Source: Penicillus capitatus | Lineage: Eukaryota; Plantae; Chlorophyta | Direction of reading: 5' to 3' | Assembly: GCA_965649825.1 (NCBI GenBank) | Contig: OZ287695.1 | Span: forward strand, 973,081-1,037,080 | DNA length: 64,000 nt | Shown: positions 35,503 through 49,453 of the stretch, piece after piece | Position numbering within the stretch: the stretch's first letter is position 1 | Layout: each line of letters starts with the position of its first letter | Made by a program: the position numbers and the translations under genes | Notes under the pieces: generated by a model | What the model was told of the DNA's origin: nothing | The model's input: the letters and a program-made list of their open reading frames with translations, nothing else | The model's database searches: none

Positions 35503-36342
35503 CTACTCTGGGCGATAGCCGAGAACGCAATCTGCGCAATCAATCAAATCATTCAACTGATTCTTGAGCCAGCAATGCATAAAATCTCTTCTCCAAACGA
35601 ACGCAATGCACTCTACACGACACAAAGCGGAATTAGCCATCTGAGAACAGAACAGAGACAGAAGGACCAGGATTGTCTTCGCAGTACTCGCCACAAACGT
35701 TGGCGTCACTGACGCCTACGTAAGTGGGGAAAGGGGGAATGTCTCCGCCGTAACTGTCGACGCCATATTGAGGATTGTATTTTGCGTCCACCTCCTGCGA
35801 CAAGACGTTTGTCCGAATTCGAACACAGGAAACAGCCTACCCGTACCTCGAAGTTCACGCTTTCGCATGCCATGCAGTCTATGGGCTGGTTGAGTCTTAT
35901 CTTAAGATAACAATGATGCTGGAAAACGAAAGCCACGCAGCCTGACGCATTGACGTGACATTCTTACCATCACAAAAATCAACAGCAAATGCTACTTTGT
36001 CCATCATTAGAGGAATCTCGTCGGCGCTGGCATTCAAGACAGCACTCATGTGCGTTGTCAATACCTAAAATAGGAGAATCGAGTGTGTCGCCACCCGGCC
36101 AATCTATCCCAAGAACAATGTGGTCGCAGTCTATACGTGCACAGCAACAGTCCATCGAGCACGCGACACGAGTCGATATTCAAACCTGCGCACAGTTCTC
36201 TTCCGCGTCGGGAAAGACCTTCGTCCGGACGCGAATAGACCCCCTGCGACATATACGCATCAGAGTCAACGTCTTCTCTTCAACGGCGCAATGTTCGCAC
36301 CGCGAAGAACAGACAGACGAGGAGACCGAATGCGAATCTCAT
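35503..36342 (-). CDS. Secreted protein with two tandem PAN/apple-like domains, about 188 aa (6 exons)
   Basis: Five GT-AG introns of 52-57 nt join MRFAFGLLVCLFFAGVYS...GIDWPGGD...ECCLEC...CVAFVFQHHCYLK...GVDSYGGD...VCGEYC...ECIAFVW...HCWLK...IDCADC. The pattern D-x-x-G-x-D, CC/CxxxC, C-x-A-F and C-[YW]-LK matches the PAN_4/apple consensus. Confidence 0.8.
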
Positions 36343-38712
36343 CTTCGATTGGATAGCGACGATAAGAGCGCGTCAAGTCTTCAGGGACCAGAGTAAACAG
36401 TGTCGATAGAAGAGGGAAAGGCAAAAACGAACAGTGGTGAAAAGTTGCTGCGCGATGGCCTTTTGTATGGTAACTGGCATCGAGTCTGCGTCAGCGCTAG
36501 CCAATCGAGTGATATCTTGTTGGCTGCGGAGCGTCTGCTTTGATTGGACTGTGACGCCGATGCATGCGTCGGACTCTCATAGCAACTTCCTTTGACTCCT
36601 TCTTCCGGCACGGAGAGAAGTTCACAAGAAAGAATACGTGTCCGCAACGCGCGACTCGAATTGTGGTGGTGTCCCGTGCCGAAAATGTGGTCTCAGAAGA
36701 AACGTCGACACGGTCGGTCTTTGAAAGCGTTTTTGTTCAGAAAAGGCAGAACGGCATCTGCGAACGAAAAATTGCGTGCAACGACGGCAGTTCAGAATGG
36801 CGGCGGCAGGACCTCAATCGCAGCAGGCCACTGAACAACGGGAATCCAAGGCACGCGCTCTTCAGTTGTGCTGAGGTGTGTGTTTCAGAGGCTATTTCAG
36901 TTACGTGACGGAAACACAGTGCGTCGACGGGATATCGGTTTGACGAGTCGCATAGCCGAATTCCTTATCTCCCTCCGACACGGTTTCTGCGACTGTTTGT
37001 GTTTACTTCGTCAGATGCCGAAAAGACACTTCTTTGCCGTCTTTCCGAGTAGGTGGCGGCGGTGAGAAATACGCTTGAACACCTCACGTTCCGTACGACG
37101 TTTGATTAATAGTGCAAGATTGTGACACAATCAACTATTGCCCGAAAGTCGTGGTCCTGTGAGTGCCAGCTCTGGCACAGAGCTTCCAAAGCACCAGACC
37201 TGCTAACCGACAGCTGAGTGCAGCAGCCAGGATACAATGAATTCAAGTAACAAGCATATGAATTCGCACGGTTCCATCAGGCCGTGAAGAAAACGCATCT
37301 GTTACATGGTAAGCAATAGAAGATTCTCTCGAGAGACATCACTCCGGATATTGCTTAAGAAGAATGGAAATGTAGGAAAGACTTCATTTAGACAGCAATA
37401 GTCGAATTCTCTCACCCTATCTATGACATGTAAGCTGCAGGAGAATCAGTTGATTAGAATGACGATGAACTGCCAAGTCGAACGCGAAGTGATTTGGGAC
37501 ATATCGCAACGCTTCCGTGGATGACGAGCGTATTCGATTCTCCATGTTCTGATTTTCACCATGCCTAGCCAAGCCACAAGAGAAATGGCATTCCAAAGGA
37601 AGTATCAAATCTACAACAACGTACTCCATCGAAAGGATCCAACAGAACTGTTCGGTCATCTTCTTCTTAGAGGACCTTCTCGATGCACAATAGACAAGAA
37701 ATCGCGCAATTCTCTGCGTGTTTAACAAAATGGCGACCCGACAAGACCACATGAAAGGCCCACGAAGCAGGCACTCTTTGCAATCAAGCACGACATTAGC
37801 TGTGAAAACATACTGCGTCTATTGAGCGATCTGGAATGGATTGAAGTTTAACACTGTACTTGAACACGTTTACATTCATCTAAGCTATCTAGAATCTGTG
37901 TCATCGCCTGTAGTAGAGCACAAACCTTCAGCCAGAGATACAGCTGAAGGTTTAACAACCTGACCAATCATGGGGTAAGGACACGCCGATGATATCTGCA
38001 GAACACTCGATGACAATTCAAACATTAGATTGGATTCCTTACGTTGTTTGTTTCGAAGTTTCACCGTCCAGGCAATGACTGTCTCATCGCGGTGCAGCAC
38101 AGAATTTGCGACATTCCTGTAGTGATGCGTTGTGGTAAGATAGGCAGTAACAGAGGTCATGAGATGCCGAGAGCGCAGAGTCCTTGACGATTGATTCCCA
38201 GCACATGGTCATTGCTTCTCTATATAGGAAGACACTTTAACGAGGGCGTCTTCCGTTCGTTTCGGCGCATTCTGACACGAATAGCTTCATCCTTACCGCG
38301 CTGTGCGAAGAATCCTTCTCGCCACTGTAGTCTTGCCGTCCGTAGTTAGGCGCTAGCCATACGAAGGGAAGCTGACGCGGACATTACATTTCTACCACTC
38401 TACTGCCTCGGGCAGTGTCTTGGAATTCCGCAGCAGATCCTTGGCCGCACGAGGTACGGTCGTACAGTTTTTGAGCTCCGCGCCCGCAGAAAACGCGAGG
38501 CGTCGACAAGAGTACACCGAGCGCTGTCACGAAGACAAATGGCATCACTTGCCACGCATAGGCGGCGAAAATTAAGAGGCTAATGACAAACAACACCCCA
38601 TGCTATGTTCTCATACGTAGTAGCATATTTCTGTGAAAACCCAACGTTCTGGATATAAATTTGCCAAGAACTGTTTGTATCCTACCTGCACTCGAAAACC
38701 AACGTTACCCGT

Positions 38713-41700
38713 ATGGCGTCCTCTCTTCGCGTACTCTTGCTTTTGGGCGTCGGACTTTTGTTCGCCCTTCGAAACGACGCCTTCGCGAAGGTGTCGCGTC
38801 TTAAAACGACAGCATACGCGTCGGGAAACCCTGAAGCACTGCCTTTCGCAGCACAGCGCCTTTGTTCCCTCTCTTCGGACCACTTACTCGTAGCGTTTTC
38901 GCGGCCCAGTCGGTATGTTAGAGGTTTGAGGCAGACATCCAGAGACGCGGGTAACCGCGACGGAGGTGGGTCGTTTTCGGTCAGTCGCACGTTCTTTAAG
39001 GCGCACTCTGCTTTTTGTTGAGCTTAGACGCCGTGTGCGCTTCGTTGACGGCACAAGAGGAGGATTGTCTTAACACCACCACTCGTAGTTGGCTTGTCGA
39101 CGAGGACATCCTTGTGGAAGCAGGAAACAATTTACAGGCCATTATCAACTGCGTGAATGACGGCGACGTTCTCCTTCTTAACGTCAGCGAACGCATTTTG
39201 GTGAATAGCCCGATCGAAATCGGAAACAACCTTACGATCAGTGCAGTAACCGAGAGCACGTGTCTCGTCAACGGTGTCTACCCCAAAGCGGAGAGAGAGG
39301 CTACGTTTACGTGTCCCGATGCAGAAAACGGTGTCTTTATTGTCAGGTAAACGAGCCCTCCTTGAAAAGACGTTTTCTCACGCTCTGTCTGTTTGTGTGA
39401 AGGTCCAAGGATGCCTTGTTTGCCAATCTCAGATTCGAAAACTGCTCACTCAATAAATCCCGAGGAGCTAAAGCGATCATCGACGTTTCAAAATGCAGGA
39501 GCGACGAGGGTGCAAAAGATGGTGGCGATATCCGACTGCATCATGTCACTTTTGAAGGAAACGTCTTAAATGACACCGCCAGTCTCAGAATGAGGCCTCC
39601 TGCGTGCTCGGCGCTGGAACTGATCGACATTGAATTGAAGAACAACACGTGCAACGGTCGATGCGGAATCATCTTGTCTAAAGAGCGTAATCGACTTCGA
39701 GATGTCAAGGTCGAACGCACACATCAGACGGCAGAAGACAGCCATTCGACCGTTTTTGATGCTCCCGACGGTTCGACAATCGATGCCACGAATATCACAG
39801 CAATCAATAACGAAGTAGAGATTTTTCACATCGACAAGGGAACGCTGATATTGCAAGAGTCAAAGCTATCGAACAATGCTCTCTCGTTTATGGCCGCAGA
39901 CCATTCGTTCAGTGTCTGTATGCATCTCGTGAACGCCACCGCCGACATCAAGGATTGCCAATTTGAAGAGAACGAAGGCGCAGAGGGAGCCATCGTGTTT
40001 GCTAAGCAATCTTCCAATGTAACGATGCGGAATTGCTTTCTCAACGGAACGAAAGCGACAGAAGGTGAAGGTGGAGCTGTGGTGCTGCAAGACAAGACGA
40101 CTGGCACCTTCGTGGATTGCAACTTTACTGGGGGGCACACCGACGAGAGAGGTGGATTCATTGCCGCCAGAGACGGGTCCAACATGACCATACGCCGCTC
40201 TCAATTCAAAGAAGCCACTGCCAAAGACGGCGGATGCGTGTATGTATTTCTCAGCAGTGCGATCCTCCTCGAAGACGTCACCTTTGAGAAGTGCCACTCT
40301 GTGGTGGACGGTGGCGCTTTGCGATTGACCAATGTCTCGTCTGTCAACATCAACAACGTCAACATGATATCGAACAGTGCAGGTGATGACGGAGGCTGTA
40401 TGTACGCGGAGTTTTCCACGGTGACTGGAACAAGATGGACCGTTACGGACAACACAGCCGGAAATCATGCTGGCGCATTTCGCATTCGACTTTCAAGCAA
40501 TGTCAGCATCACAGACTCGAAATTCAGTAACAGTCGGGCTGATAGAGGAGGGGCAGTTTCGTTGGAACTCAATTCCACTGCACGCTTCGAGCATGTCAAA
40601 TTCCGCAGCAGTTCCGCTGCCACAGATGGCGGCGTATTCTCGATCACCGAATCCGAGATGACGCTTTTCCATTGTCAGCTCCAAGACGGCAGCGCAGAGA
40701 ACGGAGGATTTCTGTACTCGAGGAAGAATGCCAGTGTCGCCATTCTTCACTCACGTTTGATTGGTGGTGAAGCGAGGAACGGTGGATGTCTGTGCTCACT
40801 GGATGGAAGCTTGACGGTCCAGAACTCGACGTTTCGAAAATGTCATTCTGATGAATACGGTGGAGCGATGCATCTGGCCAACATCACAGTGGAGATATCG
40901 GACTCCAGATTCCTGAAGAATGAAGCAGGTGACGATGGCGGTGCTATTTACATAGAAAAAACACATGCCAACAGACGTAACACGCTCGTCGGAAACAATG
41001 AGGCGATAGAGAACAAGACGCACACGAAACACAGCAAGTCATTTCGAGTGAACAGCACTCTGTTCAAGAAGAATGTTGCCTCAAATGGCGGCGCCATGCA
41101 TCTAAGCTCCTTTGACGATGAGACTCTTGACCACCAGATGCTTGACAACATAACGTCTGTGGGCAACAGATGCTTCGAGTTTGGGGGAGCCGTTTCGATT
41201 GTCAATTCAACTCTGCAAATTGCTGGATCGAGCTTCCGAGATGGGAATGCAGAATTGGGTGGAGCTTTTGTTTCAGCAAGACGCAATAGCTCATTGGTAC
41301 TGGAAGACTGTGAAATGAACAACGGATCGTCACATGCAAGCGGAGGAGCCATTGCTGTGTACGAATCCAAACTCAAAGGAAAGAAGCTTACCATCTCAAA
41401 CTCCACAGCGCTGGATGGAGGAGCGCTCTTTTTTGAATTCTCGGACATCACACAACAGAAGGGGGAACTCAAAAACTGTACGATTCGAAATAACACAGCC
41501 GATCATGGAGGTCCTGTTCGGTCATCTCCTCACGTCAACAACCGATGTGTTATGTTCTCTAGGGGGACTGTATGTGCGAAGCAAAAATCAGTCGATACAG
41601 TGTTCAGATACTGAATCCAACTGCACCTTCATTACGTTGTCGGATACCGTCTTCTCACAGAACACGGCAAAGATCGCTGGAGGAGCTGCATTTGCCGACA

Positions 41701-44257
41701 GTTCCAAAATGATTCAAGACGACTGTGGGGAAGACCCCACAGCGGAGATGACCGTCCACGTAACAGACGGAGAGACAGACGGAGAAGATTTGTCCGAAAC
41801 TGACTGCAAGGTGTGGCAAGGGAACAACGCTAGCCAGTATGGACCTAACATTGCCTCATTCGCTCACCGAACGAGAGCATACAGAAAAGTCAATACAACC
41901 GACTGCGATCCCCCAGTAACAAACGAAGGAGACAACCGTGTAGAAAACTATGAGAGTGGAGACCCCATGACCATCTGTCTGCGAGTCGAAGACGATCGTG
42001 GCCAGCATCCTGCCATCGGTAAGAATGATCGGTATGTGATCGCCAACGTATCGTCCGAGGATCGACTCTTCAAAGGCTCTCAAGAGTTTCTCGTGTCAGA
42101 TCCCGTCGCTGAGATCAACATTACTGGATTTGCGAAGTCTGGCAACTACACTCTCCGTATTGACTTCGAAGAAGAAGGCCTCGAATCCCATAAGTTTGAG
42201 GTGCAGGTCAAGGAATGTGACATAGGCCATGTGCGTCACGAAAATGGAGATCTCTGCGTTTCCTGCAGTTCTTCAACGTTCAGTTTCCTTCCCGAAACGG
42301 ACAAAACCTGTCACCCGTGCCCCGAGAACGGAAATTGTGCAACGCAAGTGATTCATCCAAACAACAACTACTGGCACGCATCACCCTGCTCCAAGAAGAT
42401 CACTAGATGCCTGAGCTCACACGTATGTCACAACAGAGAACGTGCCAAGAAGCTGGAGAGAATTACACGGGCCATATCCAACTGCAATATCAGCAACAAA
42501 AGCATCGAAGAATACCAACAGGCACAATGTGAAGAGGCAAGTTTGGAGTTTTGCTCAGCTGCTGAACGTCTCTGCTGTGCATCCAGGGTCACACTGGTCC
42601 GCGCTGTGGATCGTGTATCCGTTCATATGCGAGTTCTTTGTCGTGTAAATGTAAGAAGTGTTCTGTGGAAATCGGCAATGTCCTGGTGATTTGCATATCA
42701 GTTGCGATCCTGTTGATTCTATCCGGCATTACGATCAGGGGGACATTGTCTACTACTAATCGACAGAGGATGATGATCTCCGGCCAGAGACGGATTCTTC
42801 GCGACGTTCAACTCGTAGGTCTTTCAGTGCGAAGCACGGCAGAGAAGTCTAAAATAGAATCACCTCCTGACAGATCACACGACATCCAAGGAACAAATGC
42901 AACAACAACAGAAATGCTGCACGTTACTGAAGCGACCCTGGCACAGTGGAAAGCTGTCGAAATGTTTAAGGTGGGACAATCCTACACGTCTTGTTTCCTG
43001 ACAAAGACTGATGATGCAGATAACGTTGAACTACATTCAAGTGTCTGTGTTGCTTGCATCTCTAGACGTTGGATGGGCCTCTCCTGTTCTCATCCTGGGA
43101 GAGATAGCAGGTCCTCGGCAGTCGATGTCAAACAGCAGCATCACATCATCGTTGTGTGCTGTGCAGAGTTCTTCGGGGGACTCGCCGCAGAGAGCATCCG
43201 GCGATCTGTTGTTTGTCTGAGCAGAGCAAACCAGTTCCTTCATCCAACCGTCTGGGGCACGATGGTGAGCATCTCTATCGTCCCCGTTTCCGCATTTCTG
43301 CTGCTCGTTGCGTTCTGGGTAGCAGTGGCACTGCTCCATCGAGTCCAACAACCTCTCCGTTACATCGCGCAGAGACTAGTGCTCTCAGTCATGGCACTTT
43401 GGTACATAACTTCCGTCCCGGTGATCAAGGCAACACTCAGCGCTGTCCTTTGCGTTCGTGCATACAACGTGCTGGATGGAATCCCGAACGATGATGGGAC
43501 CATAGACACGACAAGGGAGGAAGAGATGAGCTACTGGGCAGTTGACACAAGTCTGAAGTGCTTCGAGGGCGATCACTTGATACTGGCGATATGGATTCTC
43601 TTGTCCGTGAGCATCGTCTATGGTGGACTTCTCATCGTCTTCATCTCCATCCTCGCGTCGGCCAAGGGGCTGCTCGATCATCCAGACAGCTGGGTCTACC
43701 GGACCACTGGATTCCTGTATCGCGGCTACGGGTCCGGATGGCGACGTTACTGGGAGGTTACCACAGTGCTGAGGAAGGCGATCGTTGCTTTCCTGGTGTT
43801 CTGCGCCCATCGCTTTGACAGTCTGATTTTTGTCACCTGCGCCGCCATTTTCATCATTGTTGCGATCGGAGCGCAGATAGTGGTGATGCCCTACAGAGAG
43901 AAATTTTGTGTTCTGAACAGAATAGACTTGTTTGCCCTTTTCGTGTTGTGCTTCACGATCCTGATTGCCAATATGCTGGAGAGTGAGGGTGTCACTAAAG
44001 AGTGGCATCGCTTGGCACTCTCAATCATCTGTGTTGTGCTCAACACCTTTGCCTTTCTCGTTCTGATTTCTTTTCTTTTCAGCTACTGTGTTCAGTGTAT
44101 TCGACTCTCCACAAGTGAGTGCGGAACGTACATCGATGCAGATGCTGGAACGCTGAAGATCCTGACGATCTGGATGAAATGCCAAGTCCAGTCCTCGGCT
44201 CAATTTATGGGATTTGGCCGGTCTCACGATCAATCAAGTCTTTCTTCTGGTGTGTGA
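38713..44257 (+). CDS. Large membrane protein: signal peptide, right-handed beta-helix (PMP-like GGA/FxxN) repeats, Cys-rich region, about 8 TM helices (about 1,700 aa)
   Basis: Signal MASSLRVLLLLGVGLLFA. Many GGA(V/I/M/L) and F..N motifs occur in the 732-aa exon frame. Cys-rich motifs: CVSCSS, CHPCPENGNC, NNYWH and GHTGPRCGSC. The hydrophobic C-terminal third contains GFLYRGY, YWEV and PY...LNRIDL. About six short introns, one GC-AG at 42537. Confidence 0.88.
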
Positions 44258-44501
44258 GCATTTTTAGTCCACAGTATCCTTCTTTTCATTTAAACACAGT
44301 GACAAAAGGACATTTAATTTGTTGTCGACAACGACATCCCCCAGTTGTTTGTGTTCTCTCTTTGGCCCACACCATACATGCATGTTTAATTGAACGAACG
44401 ATCCGTGGCAGTCTAAGCAGAAACATAATGTCATTGAGCATCGATCATGAGCTATCCTCTCTCCTTGATTATGTCCCGCAGAAAAACAATCTTTCAGTCA
44501 A

Positions 44502-45609
44502 TTGTCGACACGAATACGCCGATCGAAGACGACGGAAGAGATACCTTCAATCAACCACCCACTGTCAGTCGTTCATAGTTGGACTCAAGCTGTGAAGAGC
44601 GTCTTCCAGCAGAACTGTCGAGAGACCGTACATCTTGGGAAAGACAACGACGTCGGGACTTCTCGTCAAGGGAGTCGTCTTCAACTGATCGCCGATCTCT
44701 TTGATCCACGCCTGAAATTCAATCAAGCTCTCACGGCAACACTGTCAAAACGTCACACCTCCGGAAAAGGGGAGGTGTGACATCTCTCAGTCACAGGTGT
44801 TTTTTCCGTCGATGGCTTTGTGTGTTTCCAGATTCGTTGCAGGCGCTCCATTCATCATGAAAGTTTGCAACGAGCAGGCGGAATGGGACAGGAAGGAGAG
44901 GAGAACATGTATGGCCAGCGAATCGAGGCGCGTTTGGATTATCTGCATCTGGAGAGAGAGGACTTCCGACCAGTCAGTCCTGTAGATCATCGGGAGCACG
45001 ACACGGTGCGACTGGCCGAGATCGAAGCGATTGGTCGATGTGCATACAGGTTGGGGAGTGAGGTAAAGAGACTGGACGATAAAATGCTCCGACAGGACCT
45101 TTACCGACTGATCGGGCCCTTCTTGCCTGTCGACATCAGCCACATCGTTGAGCTCGTAGAGCTGGATCCCGCCATCGTCAAGAAGAAACTGTCGCAAGTG
45201 CATGCTCGATTTTTCGAAGGCTCCAGTTGCGAGCAGGAGGCTGTCTTGGTTGTAGATGATTCTAGACAAGATGATCACGAGGACGTTGGATCAGAGGACG
45301 GTGTGAGGGCCACACTGGGAACAAGCGTAAAAGTCAAAACGGAAAAATTCAAAATAGAGTGTTCTCCATACAAATTTAGACGTTATGAGAACCTCTCGCT
45401 GCAGGTTACCCATTAGTTTAGACCATGCGATCTTCGGCCTTGAAGACGGAAAGTCCAAAGCTTTTCGATCGGCCTCAAGAGACCAAGGTCTACCTTTGGC
45501 TCTGGGGATGTTTGACAACACCAGTCGTGTTTGTGGACCTTCTGTTTTCGCGTTCCGAGAGAATTGCATCGTAAGACATCGAAGTTGCCGAGGACGATCG
45601 ACAATTTGA
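44502..45609 (+). CDS. Hypothetical gene X (unknown function, possibly degenerate); source of the C-terminal half of the chimeric ORFs
   Basis: Protein-like frames occur at 44820-45416 and 45385-45609. The same frame is preserved in the diverged chimeric copies at 5030 and 14143. No clear ATG-to-stop model. Confidence 0.35.
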
Positions 45610-47104
45610 TTGTGTCCGTTGAGCGATAACGTTCTCGTGGAACATCAGTGCAGTGTCCATTCTGCCGTATATGATAACTTACCTGTCTGCCGTTCTAACC
45701 CGCTGCATCACACGATGAAGACTTGTTGCTTGGCATGTGGCTTTTTTCATTTCATTAAGTTACAAGGAGAATCGACAGACGATGCTGACTTCTGAGAATG
45801 TATGTGCATACCCTTCCAAGTGCTTACGTTTTTATGGCCTCACGATGACAAGAACATGCGCATGAAGGCAACGACAAACGACTTAAGACCGGTGGACAGT
45901 GTGCTGGACAGTAGATCTTTCGGATGATCAGAACAAAGAGCGTGTCCACATTCCCAGTTTAAATCTGCCCTTCAGCAGAACAGCTGGGCTTTCTGCGAAT
46001 AGAGCAAGGAAGGAGCGGTAGGTGTGCTTTAAGGCTCCATAATAACTTTTTGTACGCTGAAAAAAGCCTTCTGGCAGAAGAATCTGTACTGGATCCAGTC
46101 CTCAGGATGACGAGGATCTAGTGGCCGTTAGACACGACAAAAGCCTCCTTATGTTGCGTCTTCTCTCTGAAGGAAGACAACATCTCTATGTTGGACGAAG
46201 ACGTCTGACTGATTTAACAGGTGAAGGGTTGCCTAATCCAAGGACGGAGCTTGAAGATCGCACTCAGCTAGCTGCATAGCGCTATAGCATCCTCGGCCTT
46301 TTCACAAAAGAATGTCCGACAGGCGCCTCGCCATTTGTGACACAGACTTGGAACTGTTGAACTGTTCGCCGTTTTCTGGCGATCAGGCCAGAGATTCGAA
46401 TCTCGGTTTATGCATCGCAGATGTAGAGGATCATTTCGTGACTACTCGACTGAGGGCAAATGTCGAAATCCCAAATTCATTGGCGGAATGCCATCAAGAA
46501 TCCGATCGACCGTGTTGCGATGTTTTTTCAAGCACAGTTGTTTTTTTGTTGTCGATGAAACCGCCTTTGGAACGAATGCACTTAATGTAATGCAACGTCG
46601 ATATACATTCCTCTGCAAAGATGATAGAGATCCGGATGCAGCCTAAAACAATCACCAAGTTCAATCTAATGGAAGTTAAGACTTCACAGTAAACAAGCAA
46701 CGAAGACATTCTTGAACTCTAGATACATGCCACTAACTCATTCCCACAACAAAGGTGAATAATATGCTGCGATACGAAATGTCACTGACACACAGAAAGA
46801 GTGAGAATGTCACTATTGTCATCAATGACAGACGGTGTTGAATTTTACAGATGTTTAAGTTTATGTCGTAAGATTTTATCAGGCAATGCATTAAAGTCAT
46901 CAATAGTCAACAGCCAATAATAGAGCCATGGTCCTAGTAACCTCTCTCCTCTTGCATACAGGAAAGCAATCAATCGACTGTTCCTCCATTCGAACTTTTC
47001 AGGAAATGTTTCTTTCAAAACATTAAGTGTTGTAAGTTCAGCTAACGACTAGATGGTTGCTCAGATGATATGTTTAACAGCCGAGGACTCGATTGGATGA
47101 CCCC

Positions 47105-49453
47105 TCACGGACGCAAGAGTCTCTCGAGAGAGGACCGTTTCGATTTAGAACAAGCATAGTCAGAAAGAAGACAGACAAGGTCAAATGGCGTTCTTCCACT
47201 TTTGTTGGTTACCGTCTTCGAGGCTCCAGCTTTCACCAGAACCTGAATGCACCATCGAACTATAAAATACAGTCTCTCACTCACCTTTGCTGTCTCTCGC
47301 CAACCGTATGTCGCTGCATAGTGAAGTGGAGTATTTCCAAACACATTCGCTGCATCGAGAAAGACACCTTCTGCGATCAACAACTGTAATAGACGGAATG
47401 AAAAACAGCGAAAGTAACTTAGAAGTATACATACTTCCACGACTTCATATTTCCCTTTGATCGCGGCTAAGTGAAGTGGCGTCCGTTCGTCATCGGCTTC
47501 GGCCACGTCGTCGATGTCCGCTCCGTGCTCGAGGAGAACCTGTTAGTCGACACAATCGGTCAACGAGGTAACGAAGTGATTGCGTAACTGACCTCGACCA
47601 TTTCGGTGCCTGCGTAACATGCTGCGAAATGGAGGGAAGTCCATTCATCGCCGTCGGTGGCGTTCACATTAGCGCCGTAGTCAAGAAGAATCTGAGTATG
47701 GACGTTGGAGCAGACGATCAAAATAGCTTTGTAGATTTACCTTCGCCATCTTCGCGCGTCCTTCCATCGCTGTTAAATGCAAAGGAGTTTCTTTGTCGTT
47801 ACTTAGCTTGTCCACGCTTGCACCATATTCCAGAAGAACCTACAGAATATGAGCACAAGGATTTGACAAACAGACGCAAGAAGTCAAGACTCTGTGGTCC
47901 AAAGTGGACCCAGAAAAGCAGACTACCTCTGTGCATTCTAACGCATTGTAATACGCTGACCAATGCAACAACGCAAAGCGCTTCCATTCATTGTGCCACG
48001 GCATTCGAACAATAGACTTGTAGAACGCATCTGGATCCAGTGCCTCCAGAAGAGCAGCTTCCAACTTTAGGGCATTGTCATCCATTATAGAGTGATATGC
48101 TTCCTACACAACTGACTGCCATTCGCGACCATCTTAATTGTCAATACAACCTTGATCAGCTCTTTCTGCGAAAGTTCTTTCAGGCGTTTGCGCTCCTCTT
48201 CGACTTCCTGTTATTCCAACTTCTCTTTCAGTTTATCATCTGCAACATCATCTACCTTCGAAACTGGTGAAACACTGGGCGAAGGTTCGTCCGATGAAAC
48301 ACTGGGCGAAGGTTCGTCCGATGAATATGGAACCTGCACAAAGCGATCAGGAAAAAAGAAAAAGATTTGGAGAACAGTTGACATCTTCTTCGCCAATTGC
48401 TTTCAGAATCCAATCCCAGAATGCGCCGATGCTTGTGTAGATGGCAGGTGATCCGTCAGCGCAGTTCTTGGACCCCATGGATGTTACGCCGACAAGCAGG
48501 TCGAGTACTGGATTTCCAGCTGCTGTATAGACTCCAAACTTGTTAGGAATCAACAACGGACCGCCAGAATCACCTTCGATCAGAGGAATCTTGGCAGAAA
48601 GTTGCACCGAAAGACGTTAAACCTTTGCACGTGTTCTCATTCTCCTCCGAGAGTCCGGCACAGATTGAGTGATTTTTGACGGCGTCTCCCAGAGATTCTT
48701 TGCACTGGTCATTACTTACATACACAAGGCTGTCTGTCATTTGTAGAGAGGTTGGAAAGTGCCCAGTTTTGTTCCGTCCCCAACCGAGTGCGGTAAACAG
48801 CTTTCCTGTGCGGAATTCGCCGCCCTGAGTGTCTATCGACGGCAGCGTAAGATTCGTTTCTTTGTTCAATTTGACGACGGCGATGTCGTATCCGTCTTCG
48901 ACGTAGCCGGTCCAAGATTCGGGCCAGTAACTCTTCCTTCCGCTGAACACCTAATACCTTCCACTCAGAAAAAAGTGATTGACCGTGAAAAGGTTGCCTT
49001 TTCGGGTTTGTTTGCGTCGAGCTTGTGAATGCCACAGCGGACAAGTGGATTTCTGCCGGTGCTGTCAGGACGGGCGGGGTCGACACAGTGTGCTGCGGTG
49101 ACGATCCATTGTTGTCGAATGAGTGTTCCACCGCAGCGGTGGATTCCATCTTCGCGTCTGGAGAGACTGCAAACGTAAGGGAACCGTCCCTCAGGTGCCT
49201 CTGTACCCTGTGAGATAAACGGTCGTCGAAACTTGCGTAAATGCGGGCTGACAAACTCACGATGATATAAGAAGTGACTTGTGTCTCAGAGGCCGGTGCG
49301 TCTGAACCGTTGAAACATAAAAACGCGTCGGAAATGCCAGCCCAGGGTGACAATACCTTTTTTCGCTTGACATACTGCTACGTTGAAGTGCAAAAGGAGG
49401 AGCAGAGGAAAATAAAAGTCGAGACGGTAACGCGAAACGCAGAACAGCTTCAT
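47105..49453 (-). CDS. Secreted serine protease-ankyrin fusion, copy C7 (4 internal ANK exons)
   Basis: ATG 49453, MKLFCVSRYRLDFYFPLLLLLHFNVAVC. Motifs [16 protein letters not shown] and ENTCK|GDSGG are present. An in-frame TAA at 48211-48213 lies inside a candidate 48-nt intron (48208-48255). Ends LERLLRP-TGA. Confidence 0.8.
48272..48325. repeat. Perfect 27-bp tandem duplication in the C7 linker (SSDEPSPSV x2)
   Basis: acactgggcgaaggttcgtccgatgaa occurs twice in tandem. Confidence 0.9.

Noticed and set aside
36400-38620. ORFs at 36564-36908, 37417-37791, 37885-38160 and a signal-peptide-like start at 38614 (MRT*HGVLFVISLLIFAAYAW)
   Set aside because: I found no recognisable motifs or consistent splice model, and the signal-like frame has a stop at codon 4. 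Left unannotated.
39416-41614. Horizontal transfer of a chlamydial Pmp autotransporter or bacterial contamination
   Set aside because: The gene has spliceosomal introns, a eukaryotic Cys-rich and multi-TM C-terminus, and no autotransporter beta-barrel.
45296-45447. A ~146-bp segment of gene X flanked by GACGG direct repeats and absent from the chimeric copies (possible MITE with target-site duplication)
   Set aside because: There are no convincing terminal inverted repeats and no second copy in the window. An intron or a microhomology-mediated deletion explains it equally well.
26975-48213. Non-standard genetic code (TAA/TAG = Gln, as in some ulvophytes). Linker TAG/TAA codons align with CAG/CAA in paralogues, and most confident genes end in TGA.
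   Set aside because: The long exons of SPY, the beta-helix gene and the STRA6-like gene contain dozens of Gln codons and no in-frame TAR. The PAN gene appears to end in TAG. C1 also has a TGA in the linker frame, and every linker stop can be removed by an intron of typical or plausible size. C-to-T transitions explain the alignment. A genome-wide codon test would settle it.
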